Assembly (NCBI GenBank): GCA_045837725.1
Contig: JBEWZL010000235.1
Span: 372,001-436,000, forward strand
Reading direction: 5' to 3'
Source of the DNA: Vermamoeba vermiformis
Taxonomy: Eukaryota
DNA: 64,000 nucleotides
The notes under the pieces are model-generated. The model ran no database searches. It worked only from the letters and a program-made list of their open reading frames with translations, and was not told the DNA's origin. Both the position numbers and the translations under genes were made by a program. Positions 37,293-51,498 of this stretch are shown here, piece by piece. How positions within the stretch are numbered: the stretch's first letter is position 1; the number at the start of each line of letters is the position of its first letter.

Positions 37293-37860
37293 CTAAACAG
37301 AAGTGAAACTAGCTCTTCTTCGTTTCCAAATAATTACTATGACAGCAACAGCAATAGCAATAATAACGACGCCAGCGACAATCATTCCAATTTCAGCGCC
37401 AGAGAGACCCTCCGAGATCTCTCCACTCGCGCATCTCGAGGACGACGACCAACCGCTGGAGCATACGTAGCAGAAATCGAATATTTTGCATCGATCTAAG
37501 TTAAGAGGAACGCCAGATGTAACGTTGGCTGCGACGCAAGCACTAAACAACAGATTTAGTTAGATCGGAAGAACAAATAGTGCGATTTTATCTGTAATAA
37601 TATATGCATATTGATTATAAATTTATGGGCGATTTGATCAATGGATTTAACAAGGCCGCGGCAAGATCACCAAATCTGATTTGGCATCTTTACACTTACG
37701 TTACACCGTCGCAAGTCAAATAGGCACAGTTGCAGTTGCCATTATTGAAGCAAGTAGTATTCGATTGACTCCATTGATTGCAAGTGTCTCCGGCAACAGA
37801 GGGCATCCACAAGAAGATGCACGAAAGAACTACAGCTGACACGAAAGAGAAGCTGGTCAT
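37293..37860 (-). CDS. Small type-I membrane protein with Cys-rich ectodomain
   Basis: Signal MTSFSFVSAVVLSCIFLWMPSVAG; about 10 Cys; TM IGMIVAGVVIIAIAVAVIVIIW followed by KRRR; one GT-AG intron. Confidence 0.75.
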
Positions 37861-38142
37861 TTTTGAAGTTGAGTTGTGGTTGGGGTGTTGATAATCAAAG
37901 AGAAATGAAATGTTTTTATGGCTTAATCACAAAAATTCGGGTTTGTGCACCACACGGTACATCAGGATTGGCTTTGTGAATCTTGCGTCAACAAGAGAAT
38001 CTACGAAAAGTCCCACATTTCTGCTAAGCCCTTTCTTAATTTCGCGATTGAAAGTTTGACAGTAAGCACGTGTTAAAATATAGACGTACTTTTTGGATTT
38101 CGATAAAAATACGACGGATCGGTCGACCAATTTATGTACAAT

Positions 38143-40202
38143 TTATTTAGCCTGAAGCTTATGATAAGCAAAAGCTGCTGCAACTACCATGCCCATTGAA
38201 GCAGTCAGCCAGAACGTAGAGTCGTTGATAATCTTCGCTGCAATAATCTTCCATTGAGCTGGTCTTTTAATCGGTCGACGTGAAGCCTCGCCGTTTGGTT
38301 TAGCGATATGCCCGTTTTGGCCATTAGTCTCGCTCGTATTTTCAGCGGTGAAGCCAAACGGACATTTAGCAGGAGTCTCGTCACCATTTACAGTTGTATT
38401 TTTGGTCTTATCATCGGCTGTAAATCCGAACGGACATTTCGCGTCAGAATTCTCATATTTCTTGTAATAATAAGCGTCATCGTGTTCAAATTGTTGTTTT
38501 TTCTCGCCGTTTGTTGTTGTTGTAACGCCGTCTTTTTCCATTTGTTCCAACAACTCTTTGAACTTTCGCATTCGTGGCACTTTATCAGTTTTAATCAACG
38601 AACACGGCTTTGAGCGTAACGCATCGGCGTTATTTTCTTGCAAATAAAAATTGAAGATTAGTGGTGAAAATTCGGTCAGTAAAAAAAATTCACGTACTCT
38701 CTTCGATTGCGCCCATCCATTTGCCGCATGAATTGAACAGTTTGACCGCTGCCTCAGGGTTCATACCTGCCTCGATGAATACTGTCGCGGGTAATAAGCA
38801 CAACTCTTTTAGTGTTTTGTCAGCAGGCAGGAACTTTCTGTTTTCATGAACCACTACGCGATCAAAAATATCAGATCCAACGCGTCTTTACGCTCAATTT
38901 TTGCAATGAACTTACGTTCTAATAACTCTGCAAAGTCTTCTTCGATAATATCGAGTGCGCTGTCGGCTTCGCGATTTAACATTTCAATGTCAATGCCGTG
39001 TCGGGTCAATATGTAAGCGCACTCGTAGTGATCTTCTTCGAGCGGGAAATTGTAATTAAAGACACGTTGAACTTGCACTTGGACAGCCAAATGTAACGCT
39101 ATATATTACAACAAATTAACATTAATACTATCATTAGGTTAATGTCGGGATCCACCTACCCGAGTCACCAGCCTTATCTTGCAAATTAATTTCTACTTCT
39201 GCGTTATTCAATAAATATGTTACAGGTTTGCTAAGAAATAATAGATTATTACCAAAAAAGGAAATACTATTGAAAGTCAGTCTCTTACACGTGTCCACGA
39301 CAAGCAGCCAGCATCAGCGGCGTGATTTTATGTTCGTCTTTTTTGTCCATTTCAGCGCCCTTGACGAGCAATATTTTCAAACACTCGACTTGATTATGAT
39401 ACGCTGCTATATGTGCTGCTGTGCGTTGTTTTTCATCGGTGACTTCGAGATCTATTTCAGGCAACGAGACGACTTGTGCCGCGTCATCAGAGCTGCAGTA
39501 ATCGCCCGTGACAGCAAAATGAAGTATTGTATAGCCTGAGTATGTGCCTAAATATGGTAATAATGGATTAGAAGCGCTAAAAATAGTTCAGGAACAATTC
39601 AGTAACATTCAATTTCATAATTTTTCGAAAAATAGAGCGATAATATGATAATATTAATTAAGCCTTATCAGATATTAATTTCAACCGATCATTGCTATGT
39701 AAATAAAAATTGTTAAGTTTTTTTTACCTTCTTCAGCTTGGGCATTTGGATCCGCTCCGTGTTGAATAAGTGATTTAATAATTTGAATATTATTTTTCTT
39801 CATTGCCAAGTGAATTGGAAGCAAGCCATCTTCGTCATGACACTCATTGAAATCCGGATGGAACTTGATAACTGTTTCTACAAGCTTCAACTCGTCTGAA
39901 AAAATAGCGAATTAATTTATAAATAAAAAATTGGTATTATTTTGCCAGATCAAGAAGGAATACGATTTTGGAACGCATAAATTATGATTTTTAACGGAAT
40001 AAATTGAAATAATAATCTAATTCAGCTGCTTACTTTCTAATACGGCATAATGGAGTAATGTTCTGTCTTTTACGTCCGTTTCTGAAACTGCCTCTGGATG
40101 GGCACGAAGTAGATGTTTCAGATCTCGTGCCTGATGAGACTCAATAAAGCCTAAAGCTCGCTTAAAATACTCGCTCTCAACTGTCTTTTCGAAATCGGCC
40201 AT
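38143..40202 (-). CDS. Ankyrin-repeat protein with two KCPFGF motifs and a C-terminal TM anchor
   Basis: RTLLHYAV, LLPIHLAM..HGADPN, ALHLAV; KCPFGFTA twice; TM FWLTASMGMVVAAAFAY. Confidence 0.78.
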
Positions 40203-40924
40203 TGGCGTCTTGTTGTGTGCTTGAGAGAAATAATGAAAGAGAAAGAAGTTTTGCAAAGTTACAGCGGTCCTGTTAAGTTACACCTATCACGTGCTATAAA
40301 ATAGAATAGTCCTGGTATAAAAATTCAAAATATTTCATTTGGCGCACCGAAAGTTCCAGCCGAACCAAATCCTGGGATCTAATCCAACAAAAAGTTAGGT
40401 TGTCAGACGTCATTCAGTTACAACCTGCCGGTTCAAAAATGGCATTGGATTATCGCTCTCGATTTGTGCAATTAATTTACAAAAAGTAAAATTCTCGTTG
40501 CGAATTCAATTTCGTACACAGCACGATAAATCGGTTTCAAATAATTCTAATCGAATCATTCCCCATTTAGTGCATATAAATCATTACAATAAGACGTATT
40601 AGATGCGCTGATTACGCGATCCAGTTTGGATTTAGTGTGCGGCGAAATCTCGGTCTCGCTGTAGAAAGTTATTCTTTGTGGCTAGCATAAAGCGGTGAGC
40701 GTTGCGTTACGGTTAATGAAACAATCCAATATTTACGGATCACGCAGCAGATCCCAAATCAAAGTGTCAAAAAATGTCTGCAATCTAATCCTCGGTAAAT
40801 TTGACACTTTCAGAATTTTGCTGCTCTGTAGTACCACAATAGCCGCTTTATTTTGTCCATTATAGTTGTTCTGATCGACAACTATTTGTATTTTAACGAC
40901 GTTGACCGTTATTCAACAAGGACA

Positions 40925-43900
40925 ATGGACAGATCTGGCAGCTCGGCGCGTAACCATTGGAATTCTATTTGTATATTACTGGCAATACTATTGGCCTCGT
41001 CTATCAATTCAGCTTCATCAATCGCACCGAACGTCACTTCAATCAGTTACGTCTCCAAGCAGGTCGAATTGTTCGATCTGAGTCTGAGCTTGGCCGTAAT
41101 GACTGCTAAATTCGACCAAGATATTTACTATCAATTTGAATGCCCTGGACTGCCTTCAGACACCACGCTAAATCAGACCAAGTACATCCCGTGCTGCACT
41201 GGATCAAACACCACCGGATGTTTCTCCAAAAGCGCCGCTTCTCGGGTCTGTCTGGACGATACTGCTACTATTACGCAAGATAGAATCTACGCAAATGATA
41301 CGGTGATTGAATTTCAGGTAGCAAATCCAGAGTCATGCCATTCAGTACTCATGGGCTTGAACGCTGTCTACGGTAAATATAATAACTATTAGTTTCATAT
41401 CGAATCATATTAGAATTAAATTAATATACGCTACATAAGGGAAATTAATAACTCCGTTTGTACTGCCGTTCGATTAATTTTCTAACGTCCCCTTATCGAC
41501 ATTTCAATAATTACGAAAGCTAATTATTTGATTGTACAATTTAATTATTTTTAATACTAAACTGAATCAATGATTGTGAATAGGGGACATTTGGTTGGCG
41601 GTCTCGGTAAATCCAGCAAACAAAAGCCCACGCGACACGACGCAATATGACTTCCTTATGATCAATACGGGCAATACTGGATTTTTTGCGTGTTGCTCGA
41701 CGATTAGAACAATTAACCCGGCGTGGGACGGTCGAGTTTGGATCACGGCAATTCCAATCGCAGACTCGTACTACGACTTAACCCTTTATAGTAAGTCATG
41801 TTTAGACAAGATATGCTTGATACTATATTGCTACTAACATACGGTCTCATTGTCTCGTGTTCGCTCGCACGAGATCCAAATCTTTCGCTAATTATAGCCG
41901 CACTACTAAATCATTGCTAAAATCTTTAATTACGCTAATTGAATTGTATTATATGGACGATGTAGTATATATTCTAATTATTTATATGCGTATAGCCACG
42001 ACGTTAGTCAATGCTACCGAGTTTTGGTGGACAAGTAAGTGGATCCCATTTTTAGTAATAATTACCGTACTAAACGCACAAAATATCTATTTGTACGGAG
42101 AATCTCGCGTTAATTTTCATGAACAGCTACCGTGGAGATTGACTGCGGAGATTGGGCCTTTACAGCATGTTACTTAGACACGCATACCGGCGGATGCTTT
42201 TTTATGCCGCCGAGCGATGACCCGCTTAGCTATTTATTGCAAATGATTGGGTATGTATTTATAGACTATAATAGTAATTTTCAGCTTTAATCTAAATTTA
42301 CTTATTTGTTTAAAACTATTTTTAGTGGTGTGAAGCCGACCGGCACTATCTCAGCAAAACAAATTTCATTAGGCTTGATGACCAAGCGAATTGCTTTCTC
42401 TAGCGAGTCGGTATGTATAGATCTATTTATCATATTTTAACGCTCATTAATAATTATTGAAAGCAATCGAGTACGTATTTTCCGTTCGAGTTTAGAGTTT
42501 GGTCGGATCCAAGATGTTATTGGAAGTTTCCAAACATAGTCAACAAAGATAGAGAGGTAAACTACCGCATTGAACACTGATGTTGCTTTTTTCGGCTACA
42601 AACGAATCCAAAAAAAAAAGTCTTACTTAAATAATTATTAATTACCTTATTATAGCCAGTAAATCCATTCCAAGGACCTCCAACGCAAACAATTCTTCCT
42701 TGTTCAGTTGCAGGATATCAAGAAACTATTACAAGTACGAATAAGTTCCAATTCTTTTGTTAAATAATTCAAAATTTAGCATAAGATGATTATTACTTAT
42801 TATATTATAATATTTATCCATTTTTAACAATTTTTGAAGCTTATTTCTGCGCGGAAAATTAGATCAAGTTATTTTTTTTGCTTACCCTTTCTCTACAGAC
42901 TTCCAAACTACGCTGAACATTATTTCCAACTCGCGTCCTGATTGGTACGCCCAGATTACGCAGTATTTCTTACGTGTAAGTCATCTACAAAGATAAGCGC
43001 AACTAATTTTTTTTGTCAAAATTGGTATTTTTGTTGCTTCAGTTTTTTGGGGCAAATATTTATTTTCTATTTGAATGACCATGCATGGTGAAGATCAGCA
43101 AAAGACTAGACTAAATATGACAATAATGATACGAGTAGCTAAGAAAATTAATCGCAGGCAATGTCGTACGTTACAAACAACGACTGGGCAGCGTGTAGCG
43201 ACATGATTCATAATGATTTGCTTGGAACTACTTCTGCTAGCTTGACATTCGAGAATACGATCAGTTGTTATTATAACGATTCAACGGGTCAGCCTACTTT
43301 CTTCCAAGATCCCTGCTGTAACCTTAGGTACGCTCAAAAATTGCGTTAGAACGCACCATAATATTTTTTAAAATATTATAAATATTCTAATTAATATTTT
43401 ACGCAGAATGCAAGAGGTTGAGTGCTGCGAGCCTCGAACAGTCAACATTGAAGGCACCTCACTCGTCATTAACAGCGACTCCGTAGCGTCACAATGCGCG
43501 TACCCTCGATGCACTGAACAGACACTAGGCGATTTTGTTATATTGAGTGCGGCCACTCAAGACAGAGCAACTGGCTGCACAGCCAGATCCATCAAAGTAC
43601 GTTCATCCCTCGTACTTACATTTTGTTCAACAATAACTAACAATGCTTTTATAGGGTCTTAGCGAGACCTTCTTGACAGTGTCGCACCTATCGGCGTGTT
43701 TCAACACTTACCTTCAGACCACGTGCTCCACAAAGTACGTGCCTCACCGCAAATGAAATGTTAGCTAATTTTTTTTACAGCGCTGCGTGCCGCACAGCAA
43801 TTGGCGACGATTCTTATTGCCTTCCTGATGGTTATTGTTCAATCACGTGCTCTTCAAATGACGAGTGCCCGACTGGTCAATGTAACTCGTTTAAAGTCGG

Positions 43901-46900
43901 CAACTCCACGGTCCAGAGTTGCGTGTTGATCAATCCTCTCGACGCTAAAAACATCAATTTTACTGTTGCCGCACCAGCTTTTATTAGAGTAAGTCAAAGT
44001 GTCACTTTAAATCCCTTTGCTAATGAAAATTTTAGTGCATCAACAGAGCATCAAACCCGTTCATTTTGTTGTACATTAAAGAACTCCTAGGTCTTGGAGG
44101 TACGTCTATATCAATCTAACATTAACGAATATGATATTCATATGTTTATAGCTGATGCTAGTAACGATGACATTGGCAATGCGTTTTTGGATCAGATGAC
44201 TTCGCCGACGTGTCTTGGCGAGTACCTCTTGTTTGATAACGCAACGTCCATGGCGAATGAAATCAGTTGCAGCACAACTCAAACGTGTAACTGGGCCCCG
44301 TGCAATAGCATGACAAACGGCAATTGCACTGAAGCTCATTGTTTGGATCCGGCGATGGGCAACGACCACTTCTGCGGCGCTTGTCTCTACGACCAGTGCA
44401 TTGAGATATCCTTATATAACTTGCTATATAATCATCATTCCTATACTTATCAATTAATCCTTTTTTCTTTAACCCTTTGTTTACGCCTCAGATTTTGTTG
44501 CGTGTAGATTGACACAGCCCGTCACTCCCACAATCTGCGCTCAATATAATGCCACGTACAATCCGCTCAACACACTCGGCGATCCTCGTTGCATCGTCTC
44601 AGCGAGTACTCAAGCCACGTGCTTCAGAAATGATTTCTGTGAGACCGCTACTGGCAACTGTACCGCCAAGTGTTACGTCCCATCACTCGCCCAGGCTCAA
44701 TGCTCGGGCACTTGGAATGGCAGAAGCATAAATTGGTACGTCCGAGTTTAGCTGCTTAAAACGGTGGACTCTAACAAATGATATTGAAAGGTTGTCTTGG
44801 ACAAGAGATTCAACCAATTACGGTCTTTGTGTCGTCACTTCCACCGGTCTCGATGATTGCTTGGGAGTTTCACCTTTGGCTCAATACTGGTACGTATATG
44901 AAAAGGAGGATTGGATCCGCCAAGTTCTGACGCATTTTGAAATTTAGGCCTGGTGCCACGTGGACAGACACTACTGCTAGTATCGTCAACTCAGAGTTTT
45001 TATGTCCTTTAGTTGGCATTTGCAACCCCGATTTAAAAAATCTGAAGAACATCACCATGGATCAGGTCATGAGCCAGGTACTTTATTGACGCATAGCACG
45101 TCCAGAGCATATGTACTAACGAGTCTTTACTAGTCTTCTTGTGTTGCCGGTGCCAAGTGCGTCGGCTGTGACACGTGCACGACAGAGCCTGAGTGCACTA
45201 GTGCTGGCACATGTAACGACTTTGACGACCTGGGCTGCGTGTCTCCGTTCATCGACAGCATTGAGTACCCAATTCCTTGTTTGAAAAACACCACTTGGAC
45301 TCCCGTTGGTTGTCTTATTCGTGAAATCACTGCTCAGGTGGATTGTATTGCTCCAAAGTACGTACTTCAAAATGTTTGATCTGAAAGTTGGATCTGGTGC
45401 TAATATTTCTTTTTTTCAGCAAATGGATCACTCACGCAACTACTAAAGAAGAGTGCGATGCTAAGGGCATTATGTGCTTGCAACCAGTCTCGCAAACAGC
45501 TACTGGCTTCGTGCCTCAAAACACTGGTGCCTTGCCTAAAGGCTGGAGTTGGAAGAATGAAACTCAATGTGCCGAGTGCGGAGGCGTCAGAAAATCTTAT
45601 TACACGTGGACTCCCGTAAGTACTAACGTTGTGTTCGATAGCTTAATGACACATTGTAGGCTGAATGGGTGAAGAACACGTGGTACGGATTTGAATGGCG
45701 ACAACGCAGCTTCAGTGCCATCAATCGCTGGATACCCACGCCCAATGTCAACGAGTTCACTGACTTGGTTATTCGTGCCATTGCTCGTCGTTACTCGGAT
45801 ATTATTGAAGCTGAACTGTTGTGCCGATTTGGTCAGTTACAAGACACTGTCGCCTCGCTCGTTGACAGCTGCGCACCTGACCGTGATGAAAATGTCACTT
45901 TCTCGGCTGAAACTGTCTCCAAGTCAGTCGTTGGTGTGCCACAAGTCTGCACTTTGATTGCTTCACGCACGGAACAGACGGGCATGGGTTACTTAGACTC
46001 GGCGTCCAACACCCTTGTGAAAGATGCTGATTGCACTGATGTTCGAATGGCTGTCATTCCTCTGTCACAGTTCGAACAGCGCGGTCAATTGACACTCGGT
46101 GGCGTGTCACTGTCAGCCACACAATCGAGTCAAAGCAATCAAATCAAGTTCATCAAACACAACGGCGTGGTTGTCGGTGAAATTATCGGCGATGGTCTGA
46201 GCTTTGAAAGCACTCAGTCGGTTGAACGTGGTGTGCGTGCCTGTCTCTACATGCCCTCAGTAAGTCTTTGCAAAAATTTTCTTCTTAAAGTCTTCCCTAA
46301 TATGTTTTTAGACCTATTCTACCGATGTTCCCGTGGGTATTTTCGGTGTCGCCATGCCAAATGACGATTACACGGAGTTCATTCCTATCGAGCAAAGTCT
46401 TTCAGCCAACACCACGTACGTTCTCTTACCAATTTCCTTTTAAGGAAAGTACTAACAACGAGTTCTACTGTTCAGTGAATACTGCGTGGACTTGACAACG
46501 AGCGTTGCTTTGTTCCCAGTGGCCCTTCAAACTGATTGGCAGAACGCGTCGTTCATCACCACGTTCTTCGCGTACGAGATCTTTTTGATCTACTTTGGTG
46601 TGTTGGCGTACACAGTCGTCTTGTCCTTCACCCTGTACCAGTTCGCCATTCACATCAAGTTGAACGAGTCTGGCAAGAAGTTCTGGAACTTGTCTAAGAT
46701 TGCCTTGTTTATTTTGATCATTTTCTTGCTCAGTAAGTCATTCCATGGTCTCATATACCTCCATACTAATTCTATTTTACACAGATCGTATTTTGTATTT
46801 GATTCTGTTCTCTACCGGTCAGTTGGAAAAAGTCAGACCAATCGACGTTATTTTCAGTGAATTGCCGGCTTTGCTCTTCTTTAATATTTACTGCATCATT

Positions 46901-47753
46901 GTGTTGCGATGGTAAGTCAGCATGTTGTTCATGAAAACTTGTCTAATCGCGTGCTTCAAAGGGCCGAAATTCACCATTTTACGATGGAGAGTGGCAAGAG
47001 CGGCACATTGGCCAAACTGCGTCCAGTTCTAATCGCTATCAACTCGGTCATCTTTGCCGCATTCATCACCCTCGTGATTTTGTTCTTCACTTTGCCACAA
47101 GAAGTTATCATCTTAAGTTGCGCCTCGCCTGAAAATGCCACTTATGACAAGACACCTACTGAGGTACATATTAATCTACTGCTTATAATCAGGCTCACTT
47201 GCTGATCCATTCTTTAGATCGTGTCGATCGTGTACAAGGTGTTCTTCGCCGCTTTCAGTTTGTGTCTCTGTGCCTTGTTCTTGATCTACGGCATTAGAGT
47301 GCTAGCCATGGTCAAGAAGTCACTTAAAATGGCAGCTAAACGAACCAATGAAAACTCTGCACAAAAGAAACAGGCGCTTTATAAGGCAAGTTGAAACATT
47401 GCAAAAATTTATTGCCATCTTTTCTAACTTTCCTAATTTAGCTTTCAATCGTTTCTGTCGTGTGCACAGTGTGTTTGTTAGCCCAAGCAGGCAATCTCTT
47501 GCACGCATCGTTTGACAGCTCAGGTCGCACGTTGATTGGTGTGTTGATCTTCTTGTACTGCGTCGAGATCCCCGCAGCAGTCATCTTCGTGATCATGTTC
47601 CAAAAGGCCTCGCTGTTCTCTAAAGTCAACAAACGCGTGCAAAGTGGCTTGACTGGCACGACGAAACGAGACAGCTTCACGAACACCGGCAATTCTTCGG
47701 TCAACTCGGCTAACTCTGGCACTGAACTCGATCGAAATTCCAGCGTCGCTTAA
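40925..47753 (+). CDS. Large Cys-rich surface receptor with multi-pass (about 7 TM) C-terminus
   Basis: Signal peptide; more than 20 exons rich in Cys and N-glycosylation sequons; hydrophobic helices from about 46560 including ELPALLFFNIYCIIVLRWAEI, resembling TOM1/THH1/GPR137-type 7TM regions. Confidence 0.72.
44406..44484 (+). other. U12-type AT-AC intron
   Basis: 5' site ATATCCTT, branch TTCTTTAAC about 10 nt before terminal AC; removal joins DQCIE to ASDFVACRLTQPVT in frame. Confidence 0.85.
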
Positions 47754-47907
47754 ACAGCGCAATATTAACGTAACAATAATATTAACAAAAACGGTCACTT
47801 ATAAAACTGTACATTATTTACACTTGTTTACAATTTCATCGTTGATTTCGTGAAGTTATCACAAGAACTCCACTTATTCAGCTTCTCATGCAGTGGATCT
47901 TTGGCCT

Positions 47908-48843
47908 TCAAATCAGTGAACTGTCAGCTGAATCCTCGTTGTCACTGTTATCATCATTATCTTCACGCTCAGCAATCCTATTCATCAGTTCCATCGTGCT
48001 CTTGATGACCTCTCTGCTGCTCGTGTCAACAGGTTCGTTCGCCGGAAATTTCATCAAACCTGGTTTGGAGCGGTAAAACTTCTTGGGCATGGGTTGTATA
48101 ATACTCTTCGTCTTAAATTTAAGTTCGCCACTTTGCAGCACGAATTCTCCAGCAGGAATGTTGTCTTTGTACAGCGTCAAAACGTTTTTTTCAAACGAGA
48201 TCTTGCCACGGCCAACCACTCGATAAGCTAAGTATAGCAAGTGTTATAATACGGTATATTGCTCGAAAAAAATATTAAACGTTAAAAAAGCTCCATTAAA
48301 TGAAAATTTGACGACGAGAAGTTGGATGTACCTAAAGCGCCATCGTCTATGAAGCAGACCTTGTTTATGCTCATCAATCCAGCGTATAATATTGAATAGT
48401 TGAGGTTTTGCGATGAAGGGTCCCAATGGAGTTCAATGTAATGAAATGTTTTGTTGATCGGATCCACGCGCAAGATGTACTTCAGTTTGACAGATTTAGC
48501 CATGAACATGTTATGCTCTGAAGTATTGTACTCCCAATATGTAATCCTATTCTCAAAGTCGTGGCTTGATGGGTGATGAAAATCGTTGACTAAATCTCGG
48601 TAAGTTTTGCAACTCGTCCGGATGGAGCATAAAATGCATCTGCTTCGTGGATTTCGACTGATTTTGAGTGTATCGTTGTCAAAGAACTCGTCCAATTTTG
48701 GCAAGTATTCGTTTTCGGTGTTCGTTGCGTCTGCAGTGGTGAGTCGGTTTGATCGCACAGAAGGATGTCGTTTTAAAAGTGAGAAAACGTGGTATTGAAT
48801 CTCGAGTGGCAATGACGTCAATAGTGTGCTCGTACTTTCGGGC
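47908..48843 (-). CDS. F-box-like protein, 5' end uncertain
   Basis: LTSLPLEIQYHVFSLL..IRTSCKTYRDLV; intron GTACAT..TTAG joins GAL to AYRVVG. Confidence 0.55.
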
Positions 48844-49346
48844 TCTATACTTGGGAAATAAGATCAGATGAGAATTTGAAACGCGCGCAAGATTTGGAAA
48901 TCCAGAATCTCGAAACCTGCAATTCATCCTGCTATGCCAGGCAAAGATAAATATAATCCACAAATAATTACCTTTATTAGTCTGATTTTTAGCAGATTTG
49001 GGGGTAAAGGTTTCTTTTAAAGCCAACGAGAATTTTTCAAACGCTGAGCTTATGTCCCTAAATTCGCAAATTAATAATTTCACATTATTACTCGTGTAAA
49101 ATATGTGGCTAATTATAAATACGCGTACTTGAATATTTTTGGGGTGTCTTTTTCCATCTAGCCGTTACGATTTTAGATTAGTTTTGACGATCTACGTTGA
49201 TATTTACAAGCTCTGCATTGTTGTATTCACTGCGTCGAGTATTCAAAATATGAAATCTTCCAACTTGAATTTCCAACGGTGGTATTCAAGATCTTTCATG
49301 AACAGTCTACAGGTCTTTTTCTCGCCTCTTAACCAGACAACCACAA

Positions 49347-51498
49347 ATGGCAAGCGAGCCTAAATCTCCGAATATTATAGAAGGAGAGGTTGTTATACCT
49401 GTAGTTGCTAATACTGCCCCTCTCGAATTAAACAAGCCTGTAGAAATACGGATTGAAGATGCAGATGATGAAAACACAACAACTACTCCTAAAATAACTG
49501 TAACAAATACAAACAACGCAGACGATTTAAGTGCACACGAGGTCCCAAGCCCGCTTCTTGCGCCGCATGCAACGCTACCCGCGCAATCTCAAACGGATGC
49601 ATCTGGAATCTTGCCCAAGGAGCGAATAAATAAAGAAACCGACGCAAAAGCTGCGGCACCATCACTTCTTCCAACATCTATTACAATTCCGAGGCTAGAG
49701 GAAGATGAAGCAAACGAAAAGGATGCGTTTTTGAATAGGAGATCCGTTAATAAGCGAAAGAAACCTCATACGAAATTAAAAGAGTCACAAATGATTATAG
49801 AAGTACAAGAAGAAAACGTTCCGCGAAAGCATCGCTATATTGGACGTCATGAGCCACTTCCAGAGGATTACATTGATTCCAGATGTGGAAAGTACGTTTA
49901 AAAATTTTCCTTAATTATTCGGGTAATTATGATAGCAACGCTATCACTATTGATCTTATAATTCATGATTTACTTCGCAAATGAATTCATTTCAAATTTT
50001 CAAACGGTTGGAATTTTTGCCCAGTTCAATTTGCGTTACTTTTAACGTTGTTTAATACGTATTTCCAATTCTTGATTGTTTGTTACTTTGAACGTTAAGG
50101 GCATAATATTGATCTACGTGTATTTATCTGATCATTTAAATTTCGAAATCGGAACACATCCGCTTACGCCCGCGTACTAACGAAATCCTTTTTATAGATA
50201 CAACTGCTCCGAAAATTCATTCACCTTTTACACAACATTGTACCTGATACGGTCATTCTCAACACTAGTGTTTCACTCGATTATGTTGGTTGTATTATTA
50301 TTGTCAATAGGCTCAACGGTACTGTTTTATCAATTTGAGTTGGTCTCTGATATGCCACTCACAATTATTGCTACTGGTTTATTCTTCCCTATCTCATTCG
50401 GGTACGTCATAATATACATTTGCAAGCTTTAAAAGGCTATTTAAAACCGAGAAATTGGATCCGTTGGTGACACGTGTAGATCCCGTACTTTTAATGATTT
50501 TTTGTCTCGATACATACTAACAATCTCATTATATAGCATTAACTGGACATTCACTCGACGAGAAGCATTCATTAATAATATTGCGGACCTTAAATCATGC
50601 ATTCTAGGCATGTACATGTGCGTCAAAGAATGGAAGCGACGCGACTCGGACATTGTACGTGAAAGTCTAATACAATTGACTTGCAATTGAAGATTAATCG
50701 TGCGATACTATTCAGGACATCAGAATGAAAGCTGTGTGCGCTGCAATGTTGCAATCGATTCAATTGTATCTGATGCACAAAGGCTCGAGCGTCGCCGAGA
50801 TGTACGCATTGTTCCAGAAAGCCTTTGAAGTATGAAATCATTTCTCGTATATAATGTTGTTATAGGCCTTAAGAACACGTGTTAACATACCTTTACGTAG
50901 ATTTTAGAAGAGCTGCGCACGCACGACGATTGGATCAAGAGCGTGATTTCACGTGCTTACCAATACCACCGATTTATCGTCATGGACTTCGAGAAGTTGC
51001 GCGTTGTGCACGATTACAGGTACACATATCCTTGTATTTTGAAATGGGCGGATCGCGAAGTTTCCATAATAGGAAACTTTTCATTATTAACATATATTAA
51101 ATCATGAATATTAATCAACCTATCTTAGAACGCCATCCTCCCTACGTGCCTTCGGTTTGTTCTTCTTGTTGTGCTGCCCAGTGCTGTTTGGACCTCTGTT
51201 TGCCAAATATGGAAGGGATTACGGGTTGTGGTAAGATTTTTCGGGTAATTACGTTCGGTTTATGCATAAACTGAATTATTTTGATTACAGGAGCGGCATC
51301 TACATCTCTATGCTTATTTCAATTATGTTAGTAAGCTTGTACAGAATTCAAAGCGACCAGGAAGATCCCTGCGATGGATCGGGCGTCGACGACCTCGATT
51401 TGGGCATCTTAGCCGAACCTCAAGACTATATGACCTTGAAGGCGCATAAGAAGGCAAAGGTGTTACTAATCAATAATCATAAGCCGAGAAACAACTAA
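49347..51498 (+). CDS. Bestrophin/UPF0187-like membrane protein
   Basis: FFPISFG-INWTFTRREAF, YRTPSSLRAF, two TM pairs, IQSDQEDPCDGSGVDDL. Confidence 0.62.

Noticed and set aside
51026-51033. Second U12 donor (ATATCCTT)
   Set aside because: It lies inside an intron with a normal GT donor a few bases upstream that keeps the frame (DYRTP).
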